DNA of 64,000 nucleotides. It comes from a virus. Its lineage: Duplodnaviria; Caudoviricetes. The notes beneath the pieces are model-generated. The model was given only the letters and a program-made list of their open reading frames with translations. It had not been told where the DNA came from and searched no databases. The translations under genes and the position numbers were made by a program. The stretch spans positions 79,987 to 143,986 of IMG/VR virus record IMGVR_UViG_2595698964_000001; one strand, written 5' to 3'. Positions 46,202-54,642 of this stretch are shown piece after piece (the stretch's first letter is position 1; each line of letters opens with the position of its first letter).

Positions 46202-46739
46202 GGATATTAATGAGTTATTGGTTAACTATAAACCACTTATCTTGACTGTGTACAAAAAGTACAATCCCATCTTTCCTAGAATGAAGGATAAAGAAGATTT
46301 AATGTCAGAAATAAACACCATATTCACTCAGTTAGTGTGGGAGTATAAACCTCGGAGAGGCGTTGACTTTCCTTTCTATATTAAGAAGATGCTCGAGTGG
46401 AGAACATACCATTATGTTACAAAACAAATAAAACGTAATGATAAAGAGGTTATTGTAGGGAGCTTAACTAACGACAAAGTCAGCTTGGGTGATTCTAGGG
46501 ACTCGACTTTACTGGAGGAGCTTGAACTGATTGAGAACGTTATGAGCTGGGATGACGATTTCAGGATGGGTAAGAAACAGAAACAACTGTTTATAAGTCT
46601 CCTAAGAGACAACAAGACAGTTCGACAGATAGCAGAGGAAGAGGGCGTGGATATTAGCACTATCCATACCCGTCTCCACTTCCTTATTCGGAAAATCAAG
46701 ACTCAGCAAGAGCTTCAACAAGAACGTGATGAAGTATAA
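46188..46739 (+). CDS. Phage sigma factor, SPO1 gp34-like (late genes)
   Basis: YKPLI, EDL..E....F..LV.EY.P.RGV.F..YI (region 2); TVRQIAEEEGVDISTIH HTH (region 4); start uncertain. Confidence 0.8.
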   Translation: MILTRDINELLVNYKPLILTVYKKYNPIFPRMKDKEDLMSEINTIFTQLVWEYKPRRGVDFPFYIKKMLEWRTYHYVTKQIKRNDKEVIVGSLTNDKVSLGDSRDSTLLEELELIENVMSWDDDFRMGKKQKQLFISLLRDNKTVRQIAEEEGVDISTIHTRLHFLIRKIKTQQELQQERDEV

Positions 46740-46749
46740 CAGTTGGTGA

Positions 46750-46815
46750 CTACTTCATTAATGCTTTCCCTATCGTCATTGCGATTAATCCGACTATTAC
46801 CAGTTCGATACCCAA
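46750..46815 (-). CDS. 21-aa hydrophobic peptide MGIELVIVGLIAMTIGKALMK
   Basis: SD AGGAGGG ends 7 nt before TTG; single TM helix with C-terminal lysines; missing from ORF track. Confidence 0.55.
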   Translation of the reverse strand: MGIELVIVGLIAMTIGKALMK

Positions 46816-46931
46816 AGGAAGTCCCTCCTGAAATTTATTTCATTGATATTTATGTTGAATTGGAATAAATCTCGTTTGCACCGAATAAACTCCTTTCAAG
46901 GAGTTACTTAGCCACCAATACAGGCTACGAG

Positions 46932-46963
46932 AGACCATTGTAAAATCTACAATGGTCTTTTTC
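46932..46963 (+). terminator. Intrinsic terminator
   Basis: AGACCATTGTA-AAATC-TACAATGGTCT plus T run. Confidence 0.85.
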
Positions 46964-47063
46964 TTTATAGTTTTATTCTCTCCTGCTAGTCTCTAAATAT
47001 TTATGGAATAACTACATAAGAATGTAAATATGTATTAAGTATCCCAAAGGAGGAATGAGTTAA

Positions 47064-47162
47064 ATGTACATCATTGGGTTGACTTTATATGTAGGTGGTT
47101 TTATTATGACGACAGCCGGAACTATAGTTTGTCTAAAAAAGGTAAGGAGAGGACAACGATGA
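47064..47162 (+). CDS. 32-aa membrane peptide MYIIGLTLYVGGFIMTTAGTIVCLKKVRRGQR
   Basis: RBS AAAGGAGG upstream; ATGA overlap with the next gene; missing from ORF track. Confidence 0.6.
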   Translation: MYIIGLTLYVGGFIMTTAGTIVCLKKVRRGQR

Positions 47163-47569
47163 GAACCGAAACGATTGACTTCAGAACCTTTATGAAAAGA
47201 CCTACAACGACAGTTACGGTAAAGAAAACAAAGTTCAATAAAAAGAAACTAATAAAAACGACTATAAAAATTGGAGTAACTTCTGTTGTAATCTTGAGTG
47301 CGTTACCTATCCCTGTGGGAGCTGTTGAGGCGGTCGCTACGGCTGCTACTGAAACAGAAGGAGCTTTTGGTGCTGGTGGTTGGGAGACGCTCATAAATAA
47401 GTTACTTGACCTGCTAGACCCGATAGCTAAAATATTTGGAATGATTGCTGGTGTCGCGATTATGACAGGAAACGGAAAGATTGGACTCGAGCGTCTACTA
47501 TGGTTATCCCTTGGTTACATCACGACAAGAAATGTTGATCACTGGATCGCGTTCCTGAGCACGTTATAA
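47159..47569 (+). CDS. VirB2/TrbC pilin-like membrane protein
   Basis: Basic leader plus signal-like helix ending AVEA, then two hydrophobic helices (PIAKIFGMIAGVAIMTG...GLERLLWLSLGYI); RBS AAGGAG.GG. Confidence 0.6.
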   Translation: MRTETIDFRTFMKRPTTTVTVKKTKFNKKKLIKTTIKIGVTSVVILSALPIPVGAVEAVATAATETEGAFGAGGWETLINKLLDLLDPIAKIFGMIAGVAIMTGNGKIGLERLLWLSLGYITTRNVDHWIAFLSTL

Positions 47570-47581
47570 GGAGGGGTTTAG

Positions 47582-47674
47582 ATGCTTACAACGATAGTTA
47601 GTGCCGCAAAGACCTTTTCAGAGACGCTTATGTTAGTCGGTCTTATTTTAAGCGTAATCACGTTTCTTCTATAA
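47582..47674 (+). CDS. 30-aa membrane peptide MLTTIVSAAKTFSETLMLVGLILSVITFLL
   Basis: RBS AAGGAGG; fills the gap exactly; missing from ORF track. Confidence 0.65.
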   Translation: MLTTIVSAAKTFSETLMLVGLILSVITFLL

Positions 47675-47686
47675 GGAGTGAATAAA

Positions 47687-48031
47687 ATGAGGTTCGTTTT
47701 AGCTGAATCCAACGTATTAGTTCCTGACAATCTTAAAGAGGGCGTAGAGCCCGCAAAGGAGGCTTCTAAGGGTTTCTTTCAAGAAGGACTATCATCTGTG
47801 TCTGGAGCGATTTTAGACCTGTTTAAACCAATAGGAGAAGCGTTAGGAGACGGAATGTATTTACTCTTCCAAAATCTTCTCGCTCACCTCCCTTTAACTT
47901 TAACCGTTGTTGGGATGTGTCTATTTGTCCTCAGCATATTTGAGGGGCGCGCGAGGTTTTACAGTTGGGGTCTAACCTCTTGGGCGCTAAGTGCTGTAAT
48001 TAGAATAATTGGACACAGCTTTGGTGTCTAA
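47687..48031 (+). CDS. Small membrane protein (VirB2/VirB3-sized)
   Basis: RBS AAGGAG; two or three hydrophobic segments in the C-terminal half. Confidence 0.65.
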   Translation: MRFVLAESNVLVPDNLKEGVEPAKEASKGFFQEGLSSVSGAILDLFKPIGEALGDGMYLLFQNLLAHLPLTLTVVGMCLFVLSIFEGRARFYSWGLTSWALSAVIRIIGHSFGV

Positions 48032-50555
48032 AGCGATAATTGACTGGAGTAGTATATCCCAACTATACACAGTCGAGAAAGAACCGTTAGTTTGTTTTCG
48101 ATTGATCCCCGACAGGTCTGTTTCCAACCGAACCAATTTTAAGTTCTTTAAAGATGTTGTTGATCTACAGAAGGTAAACCTTTCAAATCAAATATTCTCC
48201 AATTTAGGGAAACTATACAAAACGGTTTCTAAGAAAAGTGAAGAGGGCTTTAAGTTTGTCTATAAAGTCCCTTCTAACTATATTTGGTATGAGGTTGTAA
48301 TGAAAGAAGGATCAATAAACTTTTATGTAATCTGTTTTAAGAAGAACGCGGAATTTGTAAGCATGAAACTTGGACAGATATTCCCAGGAGCTCCTATTGA
48401 GGAGGTTGAATTAGAGGAAACGAAAATCCCAGAGGAAAACACTGTAGTTGCAGATGTTAAGCTCAAGAGACACAACTATTTTAGCTTACGTACAGACTAC
48501 TCTGAACAAGTACAACCTATTGAGGACATATTAGCTTGCTCAGATGACTTACGTGACGACGACGTACTCAAACTCTCGATGAGAGTACAACCTTTTGACC
48601 AGTCATATTGGTCGTATAAATGTGAGAAATGGAATAAAGCGATGATGAAAGGGAGCGCGCCAAGACGACTAAGACTCTCTAAACAAGACCTTTCCAACCT
48701 TGTATTTGAACTGAGTGATATAACGTTTAATAAGCTTAGTAACTTCTTTCAGACCCTTCACGAAGTAGCCTTTAAAAAGTACCGTACAAAACAAGATCAG
48801 CACCAAGTCTCGACCCAAGAAACAAGAGAGATTGGAGAGCTTTCTAGACGTACAAACTATAAGTCAACAGCCCCGGTATTTAAGTCAGTTATCCGAGTAG
48901 CAAGTCATAGTAAAGAGTTTAACAGGAGAAACATGAATATGAAGTCGTTGACTAACTCCTTTATTGACTTAAAGGACTCGAATAACTCTCTAGTGCGCAC
49001 CGCAGTTTATGAAGAAGGTACTCGCCTTTTTAAACAAGCTCACGCGGAAGTAAGCGAACAAAGAGTAACTTCGTTATCCACGACAGACACTGATTTTATG
49101 ATTCTGAGTGACAAAGAAGCTGGTAAAATAATGCAGCTCCCAACTTCAACCATACAAAAGAAATATGGAGATCGACTAGAATCAATAAGACGTCTAGAGG
49201 TAGGTATACCTGTAGCATTCAGGGACTCCTCTGGCGTATTAATAGGCACAGCAGAGTATAAAGGTGAGAAAGAGAACATTTACATCCCGGATAAGAACCC
49301 GGATGAGTTTAACCTACCTATTATCATCTCTGGTATAATGGGGGCTGGTAAGGACGTATTGGCTATAAACTACATTATAGAGAACGCTCTCAAGGGGCGT
49401 GGCGCTGTAATACCTGACGTGATTGATGAAAAAGGTCGTGGAATGTCAGATACAATAATTAGGTCATTACCTCCAGAGAAGGTTGTTGTTCTTGATTTTG
49501 GAGACGTAGAACGCGTTCCTTATTTAGACTGGATCGAAGGGATGAGGTCAAATGACCGTTTTGCTCAAAATAGGTTCTCCAGCGAGCTTCTAAAGTTTTT
49601 CGAAGCTGAAGACGAAGCCGGAGTACAAACAGAGCGATTTCTGAAGGAGGCTGCTAAGGCTGTCCCGGATGCTACAGTTATTCAAATGGGGTTACTCTTC
49701 ACTTCAGAAGAGTTTCGCACAGAGACGATAAAGAAATGTAAAAAACGTGGAGACCTCTCTACAGCAGCTTTCTGGGAGACATTTAACGCTATGGGGGAGG
49801 GGAGACAGAAACAAGTTTCCGACCCCGTACTTAACAGAATCCATAAACTTATTGGAGACCCTGCGCTCAAACCAATATTTGGACAAAAGGCTAACGGATC
49901 AATAAGATTTGATGACTGGTTACACAAAGGTAAAGTTATTATTTGTAAAATTCCAAAAGTCCAGTTTGGTACTAACGGGGTGCGTACTTTAGTTCATTGG
50001 ATTATGGTAAAAACTTGGTTGGCAAAGCAAGCAATGGCCGCAGAAAGAAAATGCGACTCTATTTTAGTACTAAACGAACCTCATCAGTTTCTTACAAAGT
50101 CGACGGCGCAGTCACTGGAAGAGATGTATCCTGAAAGTCGAAAATATGGCTTGTGCATCATGAGTCTGTTTCACGATTTCGCGCAAATTCCTAAAAACCT
50201 AGCTGACGTGATAGTCGCATCTGGATGTAACTTTATTCTTTTGAAACAGCGTAGCGAGAAGACATGGAAGAAGTTTGAGCATCGTATTGAGGGACAGTTC
50301 ACTATAGAGGACTGTATGCAGCTAAACATGCATGAAGCTATGGTCGGGTTTCTTTCAAATAAGCAAGATCAACCCGTGATAAGGGTAAAACTTAATAATG
50401 TGCCTGAGAAACGCGGAGTTAAACAATACAACAACAGTAAGCATATTGAATATTGTAGGACTACTTACGGACGCCCAATCAAAGAAGTTGAGAAAGAGAT
50501 ATTCGAAGATGAGATGAAGCTACTAGCACCTAAGAAGAAAAAAGCTAAGAAATGA
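48009..50555 (+). CDS. VirB4/VirD4/HerA-superfamily ATPase
   Basis: IIISGIMGAGKD Walker A, ILVLNEPHQ Walker B, SRKYGL arginine motif, H...QIP. Confidence 0.8.
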   Translation: MDTALVSKAIIDWSSISQLYTVEKEPLVCFRLIPDRSVSNRTNFKFFKDVVDLQKVNLSNQIFSNLGKLYKTVSKKSEEGFKFVYKVPSNYIWYEVVMKEGSINFYVICFKKNAEFVSMKLGQIFPGAPIEEVELEETKIPEENTVVADVKLKRHNYFSLRTDYSEQVQPIEDILACSDDLRDDDVLKLSMRVQPFDQSYWSYKCEKWNKAMMKGSAPRRLRLSKQDLSNLVFELSDITFNKLSNFFQTLHEVAFKKYRTKQDQHQVSTQETREIGELSRRTNYKSTAPVFKSVIRVASHSKEFNRRNMNMKSLTNSFIDLKDSNNSLVRTAVYEEGTRLFKQAHAEVSEQRVTSLSTTDTDFMILSDKEAGKIMQLPTSTIQKKYGDRLESIRRLEVGIPVAFRDSSGVLIGTAEYKGEKENIYIPDKNPDEFNLPIIISGIMGAGKDVLAINYIIENALKGRGAVIPDVIDEKGRGMSDTIIRSLPPEKVVVLDFGDVERVPYLDWIEGMRSNDRFAQNRFSSELLKFFEAEDEAGVQTERFLKEAAKAVPDATVIQMGLLFTSEEFRTETIKKCKKRGDLSTAAFWETFNAMGEGRQKQVSDPVLNRIHKLIGDPALKPIFGQKANGSIRFDDWLHKGKVIICKIPKVQFGTNGVRTLVHWIMVKTWLAKQAMAAERKCDSILVLNEPHQFLTKSTAQSLEEMYPESRKYGLCIMSLFHDFAQIPKNLADVIVASGCNFILLKQRSEKTWKKFEHRIEGQFTIEDCMQLNMHEAMVGFLSNKQDQPVIRVKLNNVPEKRGVKQYNNSKHIEYCRTTYGRPIKEVEKEIFEDEMKLLAPKKKKAKK

Positions 50556-50576
50556 GTTTTTGAGACCAGTTAAGTA

Positions 50577-50605
50577 TTGCTTTTCTTTTTAAACCAAGCT
50601 ATACT
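50577..50605 (+). promoter_or_regulatory. sigmaA-type early promoter
   Basis: TTGCTT-N17-TATACT, followed by a 5' hairpin GGCAAGTG-AAA-CACCTTGCC. Confidence 0.7.
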
Positions 50606-50694
50606 TAACTTACAAGGCAAGTGAAACACCTTGCCAGTATAATTTGGTTAATAATAGTACACAATATAAATAAAAGAACCTTGGAGGGCGGAAA

Positions 50695-51066
50695 ATGAGA
50701 TTCAAAAACTTGGCAACAACAGACGGTAAGATTCTCTCAGATATGTCTCTAATGTCTTTGAGTGACAGTGAATACGCTAAGTATGGAACGGAAGGACTTA
50801 AGAAGGAAGAGAACTTTGTTGAACTCCCGGAGGCAAAATACAAGATAACTCCTGGAACTTATGACTTGATTTTTAATGACAAAAAGTATATATTTAATGT
50901 AGAGAAAGTAACTGGCAAGTTGCCCTACGCTGTAGAGATAACAGTAAACGGTCACTTTAAAATACGAATTGAAAAAATCAAAGAGGTTACAAAGTACGAC
51001 TTTGTTAGAGAATTTGTAAAGAACTTCAAACGTATAAAAGAAGGGGAGAAGGTACATGAAGGCTAA
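50695..51066 (+). CDS. Hypothetical early protein
   Basis: RBS GGAGGG; downstream of a sigmaA promoter. Confidence 0.65.
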   Translation: MRFKNLATTDGKILSDMSLMSLSDSEYAKYGTEGLKKEENFVELPEAKYKITPGTYDLIFNDKKYIFNVEKVTGKLPYAVEITVNGHFKIRIEKIKEVTKYDFVREFVKNFKRIKEGEKVHEG

Positions 51067-51529
51067 TCTTAGAAGTATCGCTTGTGAGATCGCTAAAGTT
51101 TTAGGACGTCAAAGAGGAACAGCACCGAACAAACAACTTTCTGAGGCTTGGAAGCTCGCGAAAGAGGGGAAAACTCCAAGCGATCTTACTACTAAGGGAG
51201 TCTTATTCTTCGCGGTAACTTACAAAGGCGTAAAAGGTAACTACAAAAAGTCAATTGTCCCTTCTGTAAATGAAACGGAGGCGCGTAAGAAGTTTTTCGA
51301 TCCAGAAGACCCAATTGGACCAAAGAACGAGGTAATTAAAGTAGCATCCCCAAGAAAAATTCCAAAAGATTGGTATTTGGTCGTAGACAACGGGGGAGAC
51401 TACCTAAATGTAAAGGTTGAGGAAGACATCATGATTGTTCCCGGTAAGAAAGTACAAACAACTGTTGGAGATATTGAGTTAAGTAAGATTGTTGCGGCGA
51501 ACCCTCCACGTAAAGAAGCCGTGTTGTAA
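51056..51529 (+). CDS. Hypothetical basic early protein
   Basis: RBS GGGGAG; LSEAWKLAK motif. Confidence 0.65.
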   Translation: MKANLRSIACEIAKVLGRQRGTAPNKQLSEAWKLAKEGKTPSDLTTKGVLFFAVTYKGVKGNYKKSIVPSVNETEARKKFFDPEDPIGPKNEVIKVASPRKIPKDWYLVVDNGGDYLNVKVEEDIMIVPGKKVQTTVGDIELSKIVAANPPRKEAVL

Positions 51530-51556
51530 ACCCTCTGTATGAGGGTTTTTCTTTTT
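51528..51556 (+). terminator. Intrinsic terminator
   Basis: AAACCCTC-TGTAT-GAGGGTTT plus T run. Confidence 0.8.
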
Positions 51557-51587
51557 GGAGTAAACTTTTGACGTTTTCCCTTTATTC
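51557..51587 (+). promoter_or_regulatory. Phage middle-type promoter
   Basis: GGAGT-aaacttttg-N10-TTTATTC. Confidence 0.7.
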
Positions 51588-51620
51588 AAGGTAGCTTAAG
51601 AATGAAAGGGAGAGGGTACT

Positions 51621-52709
51621 ATGCTAGTTAAGAACATAAGGGCTAAACTTGCGTTAAAACACGAAAGTTGGGTACGATCTATTGATGATGAGGAAGTAAG
51701 AGACGCGGCAAGAAATTCGTTTATTACTGGAGGCGCTATTGTATCATTACTGAATGATGATGAGCCTAATGATTACGACATTTATTTTACTGACTACGAC
51801 TCGCTAAAAACGGTTATGAAGTACTATCGGGATAAATGGAATAAGTCTCACGGAGAAACTAATCAAGTACACCTTATTGAAGGTGTTTCGGATAGTCGCG
51901 GACTATTTTCTGCGACAACGATTATTCCCGGCGGTCCATCGTCTCAGTATAACTATCTAAGTGAGCTTTCAGAAGAGTTGGCTGAAGCGGGAATTATGTT
52001 TGACGATAGTAAAATTGAAGATGTTGTCATCCCTAACAGACTTAAATTCTATGTCCAGAGCAAAGGTATTGCGGGGGATAAAGGAGAGGGGTTTGACTCG
52101 CCAACAAATAAAGATAGCGTAGAGCCTGAGCTCGATATTGAATCATACGGCGATGACGAAGAAGAAGAGGGTGTGACTGATGGTAAAAAGTATCGACCAA
52201 GGTTCATTTCTCCTAACGCGGTAACGCTCAGTGATGGTATTCAACTAGTTCTACGTTTCTATGGTTCTCCCAAAGAGGTTCACGAGTATTTTGACTTTGT
52301 ACACTGTACTAACTATTGGGAGCCGTCGAAGTCCGGTTGTCGTTGGCTTCATAAAGAACTGAAAGACACAGGAGAGTTGGTACTTAAAACAGATGCGTTA
52401 ACAGCTGTAATGACGAAGGAGCTCCGTTACGTAGGGTCGAAGTATCCGCTTTGTTCCTTATTCCGTCTTCGTAAGTTTTTAGCTAGAGGTTATACAATAA
52501 ATGCTGGTCAAATAATCAAGATCAGTATGCAGATTAGTAATCTAAACTTGCTTGATCCTGACATTCTTGAAGATCAACTTCTTGGTGTTGATACGTTCTA
52601 TATGGCCATGTTTGTAACTCAACTGAAAAAGGGTCTCGCTAATGGAGAGGAAAAAATTGACTCTACCTATGTTGCTGAAGTTGTAGACAAAATTTTTGAT
52701 GCTAAATAG
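51621..52709 (+). CDS. Pol-beta superfamily nucleotidyltransferase-like protein
   Basis: FITGGAIVSLL....PNDYDIYF (hGG...DxD), IQLV, FDFVHC, R..KF..RGY. Confidence 0.65.
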   Translation: MLVKNIRAKLALKHESWVRSIDDEEVRDAARNSFITGGAIVSLLNDDEPNDYDIYFTDYDSLKTVMKYYRDKWNKSHGETNQVHLIEGVSDSRGLFSATTIIPGGPSSQYNYLSELSEELAEAGIMFDDSKIEDVVIPNRLKFYVQSKGIAGDKGEGFDSPTNKDSVEPELDIESYGDDEEEEGVTDGKKYRPRFISPNAVTLSDGIQLVLRFYGSPKEVHEYFDFVHCTNYWEPSKSGCRWLHKELKDTGELVLKTDALTAVMTKELRYVGSKYPLCSLFRLRKFLARGYTINAGQIIKISMQISNLNLLDPDILEDQLLGVDTFYMAMFVTQLKKGLANGEEKIDSTYVAEVVDKIFDAK

Positions 52710-52723
52710 TTTGATAAAGTCAC

Positions 52724-52752
52724 TTGCTAGTTATACTCGTTTAGACTATACT
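52724..52752 (+). promoter_or_regulatory. sigmaA-type promoter
   Basis: TTGCTA-N17-TATACT. Confidence 0.65.
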
Positions 52753-52786
52753 AGGTGTATAAACTAATACGAAAAGAGGACATAAA

Positions 52787-53335
52787 ATGGATATGGGCAC
52801 GAGAGCTTTCCTTTCTGGTTACAAACCTAGTGTAGGGCTAATTAGAGCATTTGACCAAGAGGATTTTGAGTTGTTGGAGTCCAAAGGATTTCCTTCTCAC
52901 CCTCTTAATGAAAACATGACGTTATTCTTTCAAGACGAGTTTGCTAGAGACTGGTTTAAATTCAACTGCGACTTTAGTATCTATGATCATAATTTTGTTG
53001 GGTTGACTTTGGGGTTTCCTCCGGAGGCGTGTAAGCACTTTACTAACAAAACTCCCGGGATTTTACAAGAGAGAATTCCTTGTAAGTACGGCGGGATACG
53101 TTTTATGTCTTATGAACGCTGTATAATTAATGACTTGGCTTGGTTACGCGATGTGAGACCACTCCCAATAGGCGAAGGCTTGGTTATTGAGCTTGATTTT
53201 AGCCTTCACTGTAACTCCGAATACGATTACAACCCTATATTGAAATACAATATTGACGAGAACAACGGTTACAATAATTATGACGAATTTTTAGAAGAAA
53301 TTGCTAGTAAACTAAGTTTGTTAGAGCTAGTCTAA
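52787..53335 (+). CDS. Hypothetical protein
   Basis: RBS GAGGA; GLTLGFPPEA motif. Confidence 0.65.
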   Translation: MDMGTRAFLSGYKPSVGLIRAFDQEDFELLESKGFPSHPLNENMTLFFQDEFARDWFKFNCDFSIYDHNFVGLTLGFPPEACKHFTNKTPGILQERIPCKYGGIRFMSYERCIINDLAWLRDVRPLPIGEGLVIELDFSLHCNSEYDYNPILKYNIDENNGYNNYDEFLEEIASKLSLLELV

Positions 53336-53354
53336 TAGGTGTGGAGGGATTTAG

Positions 53355-53657
53355 TTGACAAGTATGATTGATCCGAAAGAACAATATAATGAATGTATTG
53401 AAATTGCAAAACAACAGATTAGTTTGTTGGTCGAAGACATCGAAACGGCTATGGACACTAATGTTGCGGTACGTTCACTGGTACTAACTTTTGCTAACCT
53501 TTATTATGAGTTATGTAAGGTTGATGAACGTAGGTATAAAGAACGAGTTTTAATTAATTCGCAAATTAATGATGGGTTGATGAAGAGTATTGCAGAAATG
53601 AAGAGTATTTCATCGATGAATACTGATCTCAACGAAGGAGCTGGTGATGATGGCTGA
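53355..53657 (+). CDS. Hypothetical protein
   Basis: RBS GGAGGG with TTG start. Confidence 0.6.
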   Translation: MTSMIDPKEQYNECIEIAKQQISLLVEDIETAMDTNVAVRSLVLTFANLYYELCKVDERRYKERVLINSQINDGLMKSIAEMKSISSMNTDLNEGAGDDG

Positions 53658-54267
53658 CACTTTTAAAAACTTTGCGGACTTGAAAGCAGTAGTAGATCCA
53701 AACGATTACAGTATTACGTATGAGAAGACAGAAAACAGCGAGTTTCTTGTTTTGTCTCCACATGGAGGTAGCATCGAGGGAGGTGTAAGCGAGCTTGTTC
53801 GCGCCTTTCTTGTTGATAACTATTCAATTTACCTATTTGAAGGACTTCGCGCGACCGGGAATCAAGAGCTTCATATTACAAGTTCAAACTTTGATGAACC
53901 GACGGCGTTAAGAGCTGTATCAGAACATGATAAGACAATCTCATTCCACGGGTACAAAGATACTGTTAACAAACACACGTTAGTCGGCGGGACAAATAGA
54001 CCCCTTGCAAAGAAAATTGCAGATGACCTCGTGAGACAAGGTTTCTCTGCCGAACTAATACCGGAGGATCATAAGTTTGCTGGTACTAACCCCGAGAACA
54101 TTAACAACAAGTGTAGAACTGGGTTGAGCGTACAACTTGAGATTAGTACAGCTCAACGGGAAGCATTTTTTGATGTGTTTACAAGAGAGGAAAGACAATA
54201 CACTAAGAACGACGAGTTTCATAAGTATGTGGCAAGTATTTATTTATCAATGCTGGAAGGTGTGTGA
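53647..54267 (+). CDS. pghP: Poly-gamma-glutamate hydrolase (PghP/DUF867 family)
   Basis: PHGGSIE.G.SE, HITSSNFDEP, ISFHG, G....NI.N, QLEIS..QR. Confidence 0.9.
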   Translation: MMADTFKNFADLKAVVDPNDYSITYEKTENSEFLVLSPHGGSIEGGVSELVRAFLVDNYSIYLFEGLRATGNQELHITSSNFDEPTALRAVSEHDKTISFHGYKDTVNKHTLVGGTNRPLAKKIADDLVRQGFSAELIPEDHKFAGTNPENINNKCRTGLSVQLEISTAQREAFFDVFTREERQYTKNDEFHKYVASIYLSMLEGV

Positions 54268-54542
54268 ACCACTTGGAACAAACTATTGATTTGTCTGTTG
54301 AGCTTCGCCGGAATGTACGAGCTACAAAGCAAGAATTGATGTCTATTGATAATGCCGCAAGTTGTCTTGGCGTATCTCGTGACGCTATTCTAGACGCTGT
54401 TGAGCGATCTTCAGAGCTTGCTCTTGAGGGCGATGTAGTGTACATTCCGAAAGACCCTGTAGGAACACTTGTTTCTCTTGGGGTTGTGAGTGTTTTGTTT
54501 TTTGCTATTGTAATTCTCCCTATGTTTATAGAGAAAATGTGA
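54264..54542 (+). CDS. Hypothetical protein with C-terminal TM helix
   Basis: GTGA overlap; hydrophobic C-terminus. Confidence 0.6.
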   Translation: MNHLEQTIDLSVELRRNVRATKQELMSIDNAASCLGVSRDAILDAVERSSELALEGDVVYIPKDPVGTLVSLGVVSVLFFAIVILPMFIEKM

Positions 54543-54570
54543 GCAGCTGATTATCTCAGCTGCTTTTCTT
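54542..54570 (+). terminator. Intrinsic terminator
   Basis: AGCAGCTGA-TTATC-TCAGCTGCT plus T run. Confidence 0.85.
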
Positions 54571-54585
54571 ATGTACACCGTAGTG

Positions 54586-54616
54586 GGTGTGAACTTTACA
54601 TAGAGTGACTTTATTT
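54586..54616 (+). promoter_or_regulatory. Phage middle-type promoter
   Basis: GGTGT-N19-TTTATTT. Confidence 0.65.
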
Positions 54617-54642
54617 AAGTATCACGGTTGGAGGAGGATAAA

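Noticed and set aside
46941-47040. Firm call of sigmaE/F/G/K promoters for the membrane operon or the antisense peptide
   Set aside because: GAATA and CATA half-sites are present but spacing or the conserved -10 T is off by one or more bases; kept only as a hypothesis
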